NCBI RefSeq assembly: GCF_018350175.1
Contig: NC_058368.1
Span: forward strand, 34,784,001 to 34,848,000
Direction of reading: 5' to 3'
Source of the DNA: Felis catus
Lineage: Eukaryota
Length of the DNA: 64,000 nt
Positions 49,709 through 61,195 of this stretch are shown piece by piece; within the stretch, counting starts at the first letter, position 1; every line of letters begins with the position of its first letter. The notes below the pieces were generated by a model. It was not told the origin of the DNA, did not search any database, and worked only from the letters and a program-made list of their open reading frames with translations. The translations under genes and the position numbers were made by a program.

Positions 49709-50821
49709 TTTAGATGTGCATTATCATCTTTTCCTTCTTCCCAGACTTCAGGACATGAGGTTTGCTACAACCATCTAACTCATCATTTTAACCACCATAT
49801 GCACATGCTGGTTCATGACATTTAATTCATTTTTGAAAAAAGATTTTCACAGATGACCTTATCCACCTTCTTAAATCCAATCAATTGCATATGTGATATT
49901 TGAGTACCTACTATTTGTTTACTTTCGGGGTAGATATACTAACATAGATGATGAAACGCAATCTACATACTCACCATCAGGAATACAATATAAAACAGCC
50001 AGTAAATTAGAATAGAATCAGTAAAATAAAGGGTAGAATGCATGTATACAAAATAAGTTTTGTGGATTGTTAGGAAGGGGGGAGAGAGAATGCTGGCTGA
50101 TAAAAATAATAAACAGAATCAAATTGTCAAATGTCCCTCAACACAAATGATAGATCTTACATGTAATCAAGTTTGTTAATGATTCAAGACAGAAGCAATA
50201 GCAAGAATTAGACCAAGCATAACTTCTCCTCCAGAGATTTGACACTGTTGATACAATTCCCATATGTAATTTCTTGTACACATTTGGAAATGTTCTTACA
50301 CAGATTTCAGATGTGACATATAAGCAATGCATGTGGATTATTTTTGGAAGAGAGGAATTCATTCAGTTATGGAACATCTATTTTTTATATCCTATTTACT
50401 TCATAATTTATGTGAAATTTTCCAGTGGGTCATGCCACAAAGATGTATTTACCTGAAGGCTCCTTTATATCAGAGACCAGGTAAATCCTGATAAAAACAT
50501 TTTAAAAGTAAGAATTCTTCATTACCTTTCTAACGTAAATATTACATGTGTCTTTATCAGGAGATTTTCTTACAAAGAGATTTAACTAGGTCATCTCTTC
50601 TTTCCCAAGTGTCCAAGAAAAGGGAGAATACAGGTTAAGGATCTGTTGTTAATCTGATATTTTCAAAAGATATTACTGTCTACTTACTCGCAGAAGAAAA
50701 TGGTAGAACTTGGTATGTCTCTTAAGTATAGACAGTGTGACTAACCTCAAGGTGCAGTTTCACCTCAAAACAATCTTGCTCCCAATTGCTTTTCCTATCT
50801 ATTAAAAAGTTCCATATATTA

Positions 50822-50959
50822 GGGGTGCCTGGGTGACTCAGTCGGTTAAGCATCAGACTCTTGATTTCTGCTCAGGTCATGATCTCACCTTTTGTGAGAT
50901 CAAGCTCTACACTGTCAGTGAGGAGCCTGCCTAGGATTCATTCTCAATCTCTCTCTCTC

Positions 50960-50990
<31 letters not shown>

Positions 50991-51040
50991 CCCTCCCTCC
51001 CAACCTCTCTCCCACTCTCTCAAGATAAATAAACTTTTAA
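50822..51040 (+). mobile_element. CanSINE (older)
   Basis: ggggtgcctgggtgactcagtcggttaagc head. Degenerate TSD aaaaagt.c..(t/c)atatt. Confidence 0.9.
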
Positions 51041-51984
51041 AAAGTCCTACATATTGAAAGGTCCATTCTTCTCTGCTTTTTTCATCATATAATATCATTT
51101 TATCTGTTAATAAATAGAATGATATCAAGAAACATATAAAATAAGCAACACCACAACCTCAGAATAAAACATGCAACACTAGTTTTGTAGTTTAGAGAGC
51201 GCATTCTTCATTCTAATAGAATGCATTGACAAACAAAATCATATAAGAAATATATTTAAATGTTTTATCTTGTATTTTTCCCAGATGTCACTCTTGAAAT
51301 TCAAAAACATTTTCTAATAAATGCGAGGTAATTTTTGGTATACTATAAATACACTACATCAGCAGCCTATAGAAGTAAAGGTACCAAGACTTGACTATTA
51401 TTAAACAATTTGTCAGCGATTTATAATTAAATCAATATCACTCTTTTTTGGAAGCACATCTTTGTCAATCAAATTCCTTGAGGTGGCTGCCCTAATATTC
51501 ATCAGTTCCTGATTGCTGACATCTGAAATATATAGGAATCATAAGTTAAAGGCCAAGCCATTTTGAAAATGTGCTAGGTCTATTACCAGTAAATCACAGA
51601 TTATCTACTGGTAATAAAAACTCATCTAATTTCTTCATTTCTATTTCATGCCTCTGTATTAGTGTGATATGGTAATTATTGAACAATTTGCTTTTGTCTT
51701 TTTTTTGTTTGTTTTCTTCCTGGAACTCACTAATAAATGTGTAATTAATGAAAAAATCTGTTAAAATGAATTGATGATTGGATGGTGTTAAGTCAATTCA
51801 TAAACAACAACTATAATTACATAGATAGGTAAGTATACATTAAAAATAATTTAGGAAAAACATATAAAAACTGTATTTTGAGATCAATTTCAAACATTAT
51901 TAGATTTTAGCACATTTAAATCCATGAAAACCTTTTTAAAGTTTTTTGAAACATCTTTAACACAACTTTCCTGGGGGGAGGAGA

Positions 51985-51993
51985 CAAGATGGC
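51985..51993 (+). promoter_or_regulatory. YY1 motif at the L1 5' end
   Basis: CAAGATGGC, 13 nt into the element, the canonical position for mammalian L1 promoters. Confidence 0.7.
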
Positions 51994-53053
51994 AGAACAG
52001 CATGGAAGATTTTTGTGTCTTGTCCATGAAATATAGCCAGACCAACACCAAACCATCCTGCACACCTAGAAAACTGATCTGAGGATCAACACAACAATAT
52101 AAACAACCTGAACCACAGAATTCAGCAGGTACACGGCACGGAGAGGTGAACTTGGGGAGCAAGAAGGCAAGGGAAAGGAGGTGCTTTTGCAGGTGGAGAG
52201 AGGACAGAGACGGGGGGAGAATACGGGAAAAGCACCCCTCCCTAAAAGCAGCTGGAGAAAAGTGGAAAATTGGAAACAGCTGCAGGGACTAAACTAAAAA
52301 CAGAGAAAGGAGAAAGGAGAGGGTTTAAATTCCATTAAGACTGTAAACAAGGGGAGTGCAAAGGCTGCAACACCGCAGCTCCATACCTGGCGGTGCTCTG
52401 CTGGGAAGGGCAAATCCCCAGGAGCAGAGTGGGGTCCGGGAGGTTCTTGGGACACACGGGGAAAAGCTGTTCCACTGCTGGAAGGACATTCAGTAGAGAC
52501 TGTTGAAGCCACCTGGTCCCAGCAGACCCCAGAAAACGGCCACATTCGCTGGTGCAGGAATCAGGTCATTAAGGGTGAAGCCTGGTGCCAGATGTGGCTT
52601 GTGATTTTCCATAATCCCTGAAATGCTGCTGCTACACTGTCTTGAGAACTTTTTCGGGGGCGGGCAGGCACCTGGCCGCAGTCTTGCGGCACTGGCAGCA
52701 GCAGGGTCCAGCAAGCGTTCCTGGGTGCAGCCGGCATTTGGCCATTGCTCAGTGAGATCATCCCACAGAGGGGTGGAACGGGTCAAAGCCGCAGCCCTTC
52801 AGAAGTAAGGGGCTGGGAAAAATATCCGTATCTAAGACAAAACTCGGAAGAGAGGTACTGACTGGGGCCCGGTAACGGACAGTGAAAGAGCGGGGAGTGG
52901 AGGAAGGCTGAAGACAGGATGGGTGTGCGACTGCTGATTGGGGAGAACAGTTCTGAAACTGGAGGCTGGGTAGCTGGGTGACGCCATTTTCACTGCTCCC
53001 AAGCATGTGCATATGCACCTACAGCACCACAACACTCCACACCAGCAGGCTAG

Positions 53054-53072
53054 TAGTGCCATCTAGTGGAGA
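53054..53072 (-). promoter_or_regulatory. CTCF consensus motif within the L1 5'UTR
   Basis: tagtgccatctagtgga; the reverse complement TCCACTAGATGGCACTA fits CCASYAGRKGGCRS at all positions. Binding not shown. Confidence 0.5.
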
Positions 53073-53239
53073 ATGGAGCCGTTACACTGAGCCCCGCCCA
53101 ACTGGGCCAACCTCATTCTTCAAGAACACAAGTCTCACTGCCTCCTTAGTTTACGAACTATAAAGTGCTACATAGTCTGACTTCTAGGAGAAAATGAAGT
53201 AATTTCAGTCCAATTTCAATCTGTTAGCTGGTCCATCTA

Positions 53240-53905
53240 TTCAATTTTCTTTCTTTTTTTTTCTCTTTTACACTTCTTTTCTTTTTCTTGAATGCAGAAA
53301 AAGAAAAATATTTTTTCTCAATTTTTATTAAAAATGCTTTTTTGTACTATATTTTCCACTTTTGTGTAAAATTTTTCAAATTCTGTTTTACTTGCATCAT
53401 TTTTTTGGTCTACCTCAGTGCATTCACCTTTTCAAATTTTCAAACGATTCCTTTTTTTTCTTTGTCTTTTTTCTCTTTTTCGTTTCTTTTCTTTTTCTTG
53501 AATGCAGAAAGAGAAAAACTGCATTTTCACTTTCAATTTCTATTTAAAATATTTTTCTTTAATTTTTAACTATATTTTTTGCTTTTATATAATTTTTTTC
53601 AAATTCTGTTTTACTTCCATCATTTTATTTTAATCTACTACAGTGTATTCACTTTTTCAAATTTTCAAAAGATTTCCTTTTTTTTCTTTTCTCTTTTTTC
53701 TCTTTCTCATTTCTTTTCTTTTTCTTGAATACAGAAAGAGAAAAACTTCATTTCTACTTTCAATTTCTATTTAAAATATATTTCTTCAATTTTTTTCTAC
53801 TATATTCTTTACTTTTGTGTAAATTTTTTCAAATTCTATTTTACTCCCATCATCTCACTTTAGTCTACTTCAGTGTATTCATTTTTTCAAATTCTCAAAC
53901 AATTC
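53240..53905 (+). repeat. Three tandem ~210-230 bp T-rich units in the L1 5'UTR
   Basis: Anchor ttcttgaat(g/a)cagaaa at ~53285, ~53495 and ~53722, each followed by ttttcaaattct(g/a)ttttact and cagtg(c/t)attca. Confidence 0.9.
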
Positions 53906-54098
53906 CTTCCCCCTCACCCCGCCTTTTTATTCTCTAATCTGTCAAACCACTTTCACACCCAGACCAAAACACACCTAGGATCTAGCATCATTTATTCGAT
54001 TTGTGTGTGTGTTTAATTTTTTAATTTTAATATTTTTTTAATTTTAATCTTTTTAATTTTAATTTTTCTACCTCATTAATTCCTTTTCTCCCTTAAAA

Positions 54099-55200
54099 AT
54101 GACAAAACAAAGGAATTCACCCCAAAAGAAAGAACACGAAGAAACAACACCCAGGGATTTAAACAACACAGATACAAGCAAGATATCTGAACCAGAATTT
54201 AGAATCACGATAATAAGAATACTACCTGGAGTCAAAAATAGATTGGAATCCCTTTCTGCAGAGATAAAAGAAGTAAAAAAAAGTCAGAATGAAATTAAAA
54301 ATGTTGTAAATGAGCTGAACTCATGGATGGATGCAGCAGCAGCAAGGATGGATGAGGCAGAACAGAGAATCAGTGATATAGAAAACAAACTTATAGAGAA
54401 TAACAAAGCAGAAAAAAAAGAGGGAGATTAATGGGGCGCCTGGGTGGCGCAGTCGGTTAAGCGTCCGACCTCAGCCAGGTCACGATCTCGCGGTCCGTGA
54501 GTTCGAGCCCCGCGTCAGGCTCTGGGCTGATGGCTCGGAGCCTGGAGTCTGTTTCCGATTCTGTGTCTCCCTCTCTCTCTGCCCCTCCCCCGTTCATGCT
54601 CTGTCTCTGTCTGTCCCAAAAATAAATAAAAAACGTTGAAAAAAAAAAAGAGGGAGATTAAGGCAAAAGGGCACGATTTAAGAATCAGAGAAATCAGTGA
54701 CTCATTAAAAAGGAATAACATCAGAATCATAGGGGTCACAGAAAAGGAAGAGAGAGAAATAGGGGTGGAAGGGTTAGGCGAGCAAATAATAGCAGAAAAC
54801 ATTCCTAACCTGGGGAAAGACACAGACATCAAAATCCAGGAAGCACAGAAGACCCCCATTAGATTCAAGGAAAATCAACTATCAACAAGGCATATCATAA
54901 TCAAATTTACAAAATACTGAGGCTAGGAGAGAATCATGAAAGCATCAAGGGAAAAAAAGTCCCTAACCTACACGGGAGGACAGATTAGGTTTGCAGCAGA
55001 CCTATCCACAGAAACTTGGGAAGCCAGAAAGGAGTGGCAGGATGTATTTAGTGTGCTGAATCAGAAAAATATGCAGCCAAGAACTCTTTATCCAGCAAGG
55101 CTGTCATTCAAAATAGAAGGAGAGATAAAAAGTTTCCCAGAAAAACAAAAATTAAAGGAGTTCGCGACCACTAAACCAGCCCTGCAAGAAATTTTAACGG
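54099..55200 (+). pseudogene. L1 ORF1p remnant disrupted by a SINE and a stop codon
   Basis: MTKQRNSPQKKEHEE...coiled coil; RRM segment KRNNIRIIGV; CTD LYPARLSFKIEGEIKSF. TGA at 54918-54920. Confidence 0.93.
54433..54641 (+). mobile_element. Young felid CanSINE inserted in L1 ORF1
   Basis: Perfect 20-bp TSD aaaaaaaagagggagattaa at 54412-54431 and 54642-54661. Confidence 0.97.
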
Positions 55201-55312
55201 GAGAAAAGATGAAAAAAAACAATTATATATATCAAACAAAGATTAGAAAAGCAACAAAGATTAGAAAGGATCAGAGAACACCACCAGAAACTCCAACTCT
55301 ACAAGCATCATA

Positions 55313-58300
55313 ATGGCAATTAATTCATATCTTTCAGTACTCACTCTAAATGTCAATGGACTCAATGCTCTAATCAAAAGACATAGGGTAACAGAACGGA
55401 TAAGAAAATAAGATCCATCTATATGCTGTTTACAAGAGACCCACTTAAGACCTAAAGAGACCTTCAAATTGAAAATAAGGGGATGGAGAAGCATCTATCA
55501 TGCTAATGGTCAACAAAAGAAAGCCAGAATAGCCATACTTATATCAGACAATCTAGACTTTAAAATAAAGACTGTATCAAGAGATGCAGAAGGGCATTAT
55601 AACATAATCAAGGGGTCTATCCACCAAGAAGCAACAATTTTTTACCTAACAATTGTAAACATTTATGCACCAAATGTGAAAGCACCCAAATATATAAATC
55701 AATTGATCACAAACATAAAGGAACTCATCGATAGTAATACCATAATAGAAGGAGACTTCAGCACCCCACTCACAGCAATGGACAGATCATCTAATCAAAA
55801 AATTAACAAGGAAACAATGGCTTTGAATGACACACTGGACCAGATGGACTTAACAGTTATATTCAGATTATTTCCTCCTAAAGCAGCAGAATATACATTC
55901 TTCTCCAGTGCACATGGAATGTTCTCCAGGATAGACCATATACTGGGACACAAATCAGCCCTAAGTAAGTACAAAAAGATCGAGATCATACGGTGCATAT
56001 TTTCAAACCACAATGCTATGAAACTCGAAATCAATCACAAGAAAAAATTTGGAAACGTAACAAATACTTGGAGACTGAAGAACATCCTACTAAAGAATGA
56101 ATGGGCTAACCAAGAAGTTAAAGAGGAAATTAAAAAGTATATGGAAGTCAATGAAAATGATAACACCACAACCCAAAACCTCTGGGACTCAGAAAAGGTG
56201 GTCATAAGAGGAAAGTATATAGCAATCCAGGCCTTTCTAAAGAAGGAAGAAAAATCTCAGATACACAACCTACACTTATGCCTTAAGGAGCTGGAAAAAG
56301 AACAGCAAATAAAACCCAAAACCAGTAGAAGAGAGGAAATAATAAAGATTAGAGCAGAAATTAATGCTATCAAAACCAAAAAAAAAAAAAAACAGTAGAA
56401 CAGAACAATGAAACCAGAAGCCGGTTCTGTGAAAGAATTAACAAAATTGATACACCACTAGCCAGTTTGATCAGGAAGAAAAAGGTAAGGACCCAAATAA
56501 ATAAAATCAAGAATGAAAGAGGAGAGATCACAAACAACACAGCAGAAATAAAAACAATCCTAAGAGAATATTATGAGCAATTATATGCCAATAAAATGGG
56601 TAATCTGGAAGAAATGGACAAATCCGTAGGAACATATACACTACCAAAACTGAAACAGGAAGAAATAGAAAATTTGAACAGACCCATAAACAGTAAGGAA
56701 ATCAAATTAGTAATCAAAAATCTGCCAAAAAACAAGAGTCCAGGGCCAGATGGCTTTCCAGGGGAATTCTACCAAACATTTAAGGAAGCATTAACATCTA
56801 TTCTCTTGAAGCTGTTCTAAAAAACAGAAATGGAAGTAAACCTTCCAAACCCTTTCTATGAAGCCAGCATGACCTTGATTCCAAAACCAGACAGAGACCC
56901 CACTAAAAAGGAGAACTATAGACCAATCTCCCTGATGAACATGGATGCAAAAATCCTCAACAAGATATTAGCCAACTGGATCCAACAATACATTAAAAAA
57001 ATTGTTCACCATGACCAAGTGGGATTTATACCTGGGATGCAGGGCTGGTTCAATATCCACCAAACAATTAACATGATTCATCACATCAATAAAAGAAAGG
57101 ACACGAACCATATGATCCTCTCAATAGATACAGAGAAAGCATTTGACAAAATACAGCATCCTTTCTTGATAAAAACCCTCAAGAACATAAGGATAGAAGG
57201 AGCATACCTCGAGATCATAAAAGCCATATATGAATGACCCACACTAATATCCTCAATGGGGAAAAACTGAGAGCTTTCCCCTAAGGTCAGGAACAAGACA
57301 GGGATGTCCACTCTCACCACTGCTATTCAACACAGTATTGGAAGTCTTAGCCTCTGCAATCAGACAACACAAAGAAATAAAAGGCATCCTTATCAGCCAG
57401 GAGGAGGTCAAACTTTCACTCTTCGCAGATGACATGATACTCTATATGGAAAACCCAAAAGATTCCACCAAAAAACTGCTAGAATTGATTCATGAATTCA
57501 GCAAAGTTGCAGGATATAAAATCAATGCACAGAAATTGTTTGCATTGCCATACACCAACAATGAAGCGACAGAACGAGAAATCAAGGAATTGATCCCATT
57601 TATAGTTGCCCAAAACACCATAAAATACCTAGGAATAAATCTAACCAAAGAGGTGAAAAATCTATACACTGAAAACTATAGAAAGCTTATGAAAGAAATC
57701 GAAGAAGACACACAAATAAATGGAAAAAGATTCCATGATCCTGGATAGGAAGAACAAATATTGTTAAAATGTCTATACTACCCAAAGCAATCTAAATAGT
57801 CAATGTAATCCCTATCAAAATAACACCAGCATTCTTCACAGAGCTAGAACAAATAATCCTAAAACTTGTATGGAACCAGAAAAGACCCCGAAGAGCCAAA
57901 GCAATCTTGAAAAAGAAAACCAAAGCAGGAGGTATCACAATTCCAGACTTCAAGCTATACTACAAAGTTGTAATCATCAAGACAGTATGGTCCTGGAACA
58001 AGAACACACACTCAGATCAATGGAACAGGATAGAGAACCCAGAAATGGACCCACAAACATATGGCCAACTAATCTTTGACAAGGCGGGAAAGACTATCCA
58101 ATGGAATAAAGACAGTCTCTTCAGCAAGTGGTGCTGGGAAAACTGGACAGTGACATGCAGAAGAATGAACCTGGACCACCTGCTTACACCATACACAAAA
58201 ATAAACTCAAAATGGATGAAAGACCTCAATGTAAGACAGGAAGCCATCAAAATCCTCGAGGAGAAACTAGGCAAAAACCTCTTTGATCTGGCCCGCAGCA

Positions 58301-59101
58301 ACTTCTTACTCAACACATCTCTGGAGGCAAGGGAAACAAAAGCAAAAATGAACTACTGGGACCTCATCAAAATAAAAAGCTTCTGCACAGTAAACAATCA
58401 GCAAAACTAAAAGGCAACCGACAGAATGGGAGAAGATATTTGCAAATGACATATCAGATAAAGGGTTAGTATCCAAAATCTATAAAGAACTGATCAAACT
58501 CAACACCCAAAAAACAAATAATCCAGTGAAGAAATGGGCAAAAGACATGAATAGACACTTCTCCAAAGCAGACATCCAGATGGCCAACCGACACATGAAA
58601 AAATGTTCCACATCACTCATCATCAAGGAAATACAAATCAAAACCACCATGAGATACCATCTTACAACTGTCAGAAAGGCTAACATTAACAAGTCAGGCA
58701 AGAACAGATGTTGGCAAGAATGTGGAGAAAGAGGATCTCTTTTGCACTGTTGGTGGGAATGCAAGCTGGTGCAGACACTCTGGAAAACAGTATGGAGGTT
58801 CCTCAAAAAACTGAAAATATAACCACCCTAAGTCCCAGCAATTGCACTACTAGGCATTTATCCAAGGGATACAGGTGTGCTGTTTCGAAAGGACACGTGC
58901 ACCCCCGTGTTTATAGCAGCACTATCAACAATAGCCAAAGTATGGCAAGAGCCCAAATGTCCATTGATGGATGATTGGATAAAGAAGATGTGGTATATAT
59001 CTGCAATGGAGTATTACTCAGCAATCAAAAAGAATGAAATCTTGCCATTTGCAAGTATGTGGATGGAATTGGAGGGTATTATGCTAAGTGAAATTAGTTG
59101 A
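55313..59101 (+). pseudogene. L1 ORF2p remnant (endonuclease, RT, cysteine-rich domain)
   Basis: MAINSYLSVLTLNVNGLN; first stop TAA at 55409-55411; SRIDHILGH; FADD at 57422-57433; CWQECGE...HCWWEC; ends ...IMLSEIS*. Several stops and frameshifts. Confidence 0.96.
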
Positions 59102-59589
59102 CTAATATCATACGACCTCACTCATATGAGGACTCTAAGAGACAAAACAGATGAACATAAGGGAAGGGAAAAAATAATATAAAAACAGCGAGGCGTACTA
59201 AACATAAGAGACTCATAAATATGGAGAACAAACTGAGGGTTACTGGAGGGGTTGTGGGAAGGGGGATGGGCTAAATGGATAAGGGGCACTAAGGAATCTA
59301 CTCCTGAAATCATTGTTGCACTATATGCTAACTAATTTGGATGTAAATTTAAAAAAAAATTTAAAAAACCCAACTTTCCTAATGGTAATTGTGTTATGAT
59401 ATAACACATTTATCACATATATCATATCACATATATCATATATATATTTCTTGAATAATCACATACATATTTATGTAGAAGCATAAAATTTTTAAATCAT
59501 TTTTATTTTATACAGAATAGAAATTTTGGGAATTTAGGGAAATTATACAGACAGCAAACAAACAATGTAAAACTTCATTACCAAATGAT

Positions 59590-59915
59590 TAGCTTCCAGT
59601 TTGGGGAATGTGCACACACAATATACATTGGGTTAGTGGACACAATTATTAAAACTTCTATTTTTATATTTTTATAAAATATATTTTTAGTTATTATCAT
59701 CTTATAATTTTAGTTTTTAGTTTTTTTAGTTATTTATCATCATATATTTTTAGTTATATCATATATTTTTAGTTATTATCATCTTATAATTTATAATTTA
59801 TATAGTACATTAATATAGTGGTAGTGCAAGTATGCAATTTATTAATAAATAGAAATGCCTTGGGAATACGATTTAATTAAAAATGTAAGTGATCAAAAAT
59901 TGTATAGATACACGG
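59590..59915. mobile_element. Charlie4-like hAT element with internal AT-rich duplications
   Basis: ttggggaatgtgcacac...tattaaaacttctatttttatattt...gtgatcaaaaattgt resembles recalled Charlie4. atatatttttagttattatcatcttataatttt occurs twice. Confidence 0.5.
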
Positions 59916-60084
59916 GTAAAGGACATGGTTCCATAGTTTTTAAACAAATCAGTCCTTTCAAGCATTTTTCATCTACAAGTATTCTAAAGTATTGAAGAAA
60001 ATTTCCATATAAAATCTGCCTCATTATTTGTCAGTGGGCTACCAGTTACCAGTCCCCAGTTCTTTTCTCTCTTTCTCTCCTTTT

Positions 60085-60221
60085 CCCTTTTTTCTTTTTT
60101 TTAGAAGGCTTCACACCCAGCATAGAGTCCAATGTGGGGCTTGAAGTCACAACCCTGAGAGCAAGGCCTGAATTGAGATCAGGAGTCGGACACTCAACCA
60201 AATGAGCCACTCAGGCACCCC
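60085..60221 (-). mobile_element. Short older CanSINE
   Basis: ggcttcacacccagcatagag...tgagatcaggagtcggacactcaacc...gagccactcaggcacccc. Confidence 0.88.
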
Positions 60222-60403
60222 TTGTAACTTTCTCTTTTGACTGTTTTTTCAAGCAACTCAGGCTATGGCAGATGTGGCTGATTAACAGGCTGGTCAAGGA
60301 ATATAATATTTTTAAAAAATTTTTGCATATATTAAAAAAAATTTAAATGATATCAAAGTGAAATAATTAAAATGTAAAGATTAATCTTTCACTTGAGTTT
60401 TCT

Positions 60404-60438
60404 TACACTTGATCTTAGCCAAAAGACTGAGAAGTGAC
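60404..60438 (-). pseudogene. RNU2: 3'-truncated (tailless) U2 snRNA retropseudogene, U2 nt 1-35
   Basis: Minus strand reads GTCACTTCTCAGTCTTTTGGCTAAGATCAAGTGTA against U2 ATCGCTTCTCGGCCTTTTGGCTAAGATCAAGTGTA: 31/35 identical, all four differences transitions. Flanking repeat tga(g/a)ttttc. Confidence 0.92.
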
Positions 60439-60969
60439 TGAATTTTCCTAACTTAAATCTAATATCATATATGAAGAAATCATGAGCTCTTAAATAAAAA
60501 GGTACAGAGCATCACCATGTTTTAAGCTTAATAAGTAATATATATGGAGAGAGAGAGAGAATTAGAAACAGAGGATCAAAGTTAGTGTTTATAATATTTA
60601 TGAGGCAGATGAGAAAGAAGCCTCAATACTTAATGGTATTCCTATCCTGTGTTCTACCAGAGCGGAGATAATCTAATATAAAATGATACTGCACATATGA
60701 ATCTAATAGTACTTTCTACGAGCAAAATTTATGATTATTCTAATTTAAAAATTTTTAATTGTGACATAGAGATGACCAAATTTACACATTCCTAAAATTT
60801 TGTTATCACAATTCTCCATTTCCTGTGAAAACTGGGAAATGAGGTTGCTCATCTACTGCTAAACTTCAACCGCCAACTTGCAAGTTACCAGAGTTAAGTC
60901 TTGTGAGCTACAGAATAGTGATGGAAAAGAATGATGTGTTAGGTACATTCTTTTTCTTTTCTTTTCTTA

Positions 60970-61195
60970 AATAATGTTGGCTACAATATATTAATCACTT
61001 CTGATGTGACAGGCCTCATTCTCTGAATGTTACATGCCATCTTCTCAATAACTGATAAGATAGCATTATCTCCCTTATACAGATTAGGAAAGGAGGGCTT
61101 TGGAGAAGTTAACTTGCTTGTCCCACTTCAGCTTTAAGTGGCTAGAGCAGAATTCAAAAGCATATGTAGATCTATCTGTCCAGCTACCACACTCT
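60970..61195 (-). mobile_element. MIR remnant
   Basis: attatctcccttatacagattaggaaaggagggctttggagaagttaacttgcttgtcc...agtggctagagcagaattcaaa. Confidence 0.7.

Larger units (their letters stand above)
51973..59366 (+). mobile_element. Full-length felid LINE-1 (L1_Fc-like), inactivated
   Basis: 5' ggggggaggagacaagatggc, CpG-containing 5'UTR, ORF1, ORF2, 3'UTR with a G-rich tract and an A-tail. TSD aac(a/c)caactttcct at 51959-51972 and 59367-59380. Confidence 0.98.

Noticed and set aside
51973..59366. Potentially active L1
   Set aside because: ORF1 has a SINE insertion and a stop; ORF2 has a stop at codon 33 and several more stops and frameshifts.
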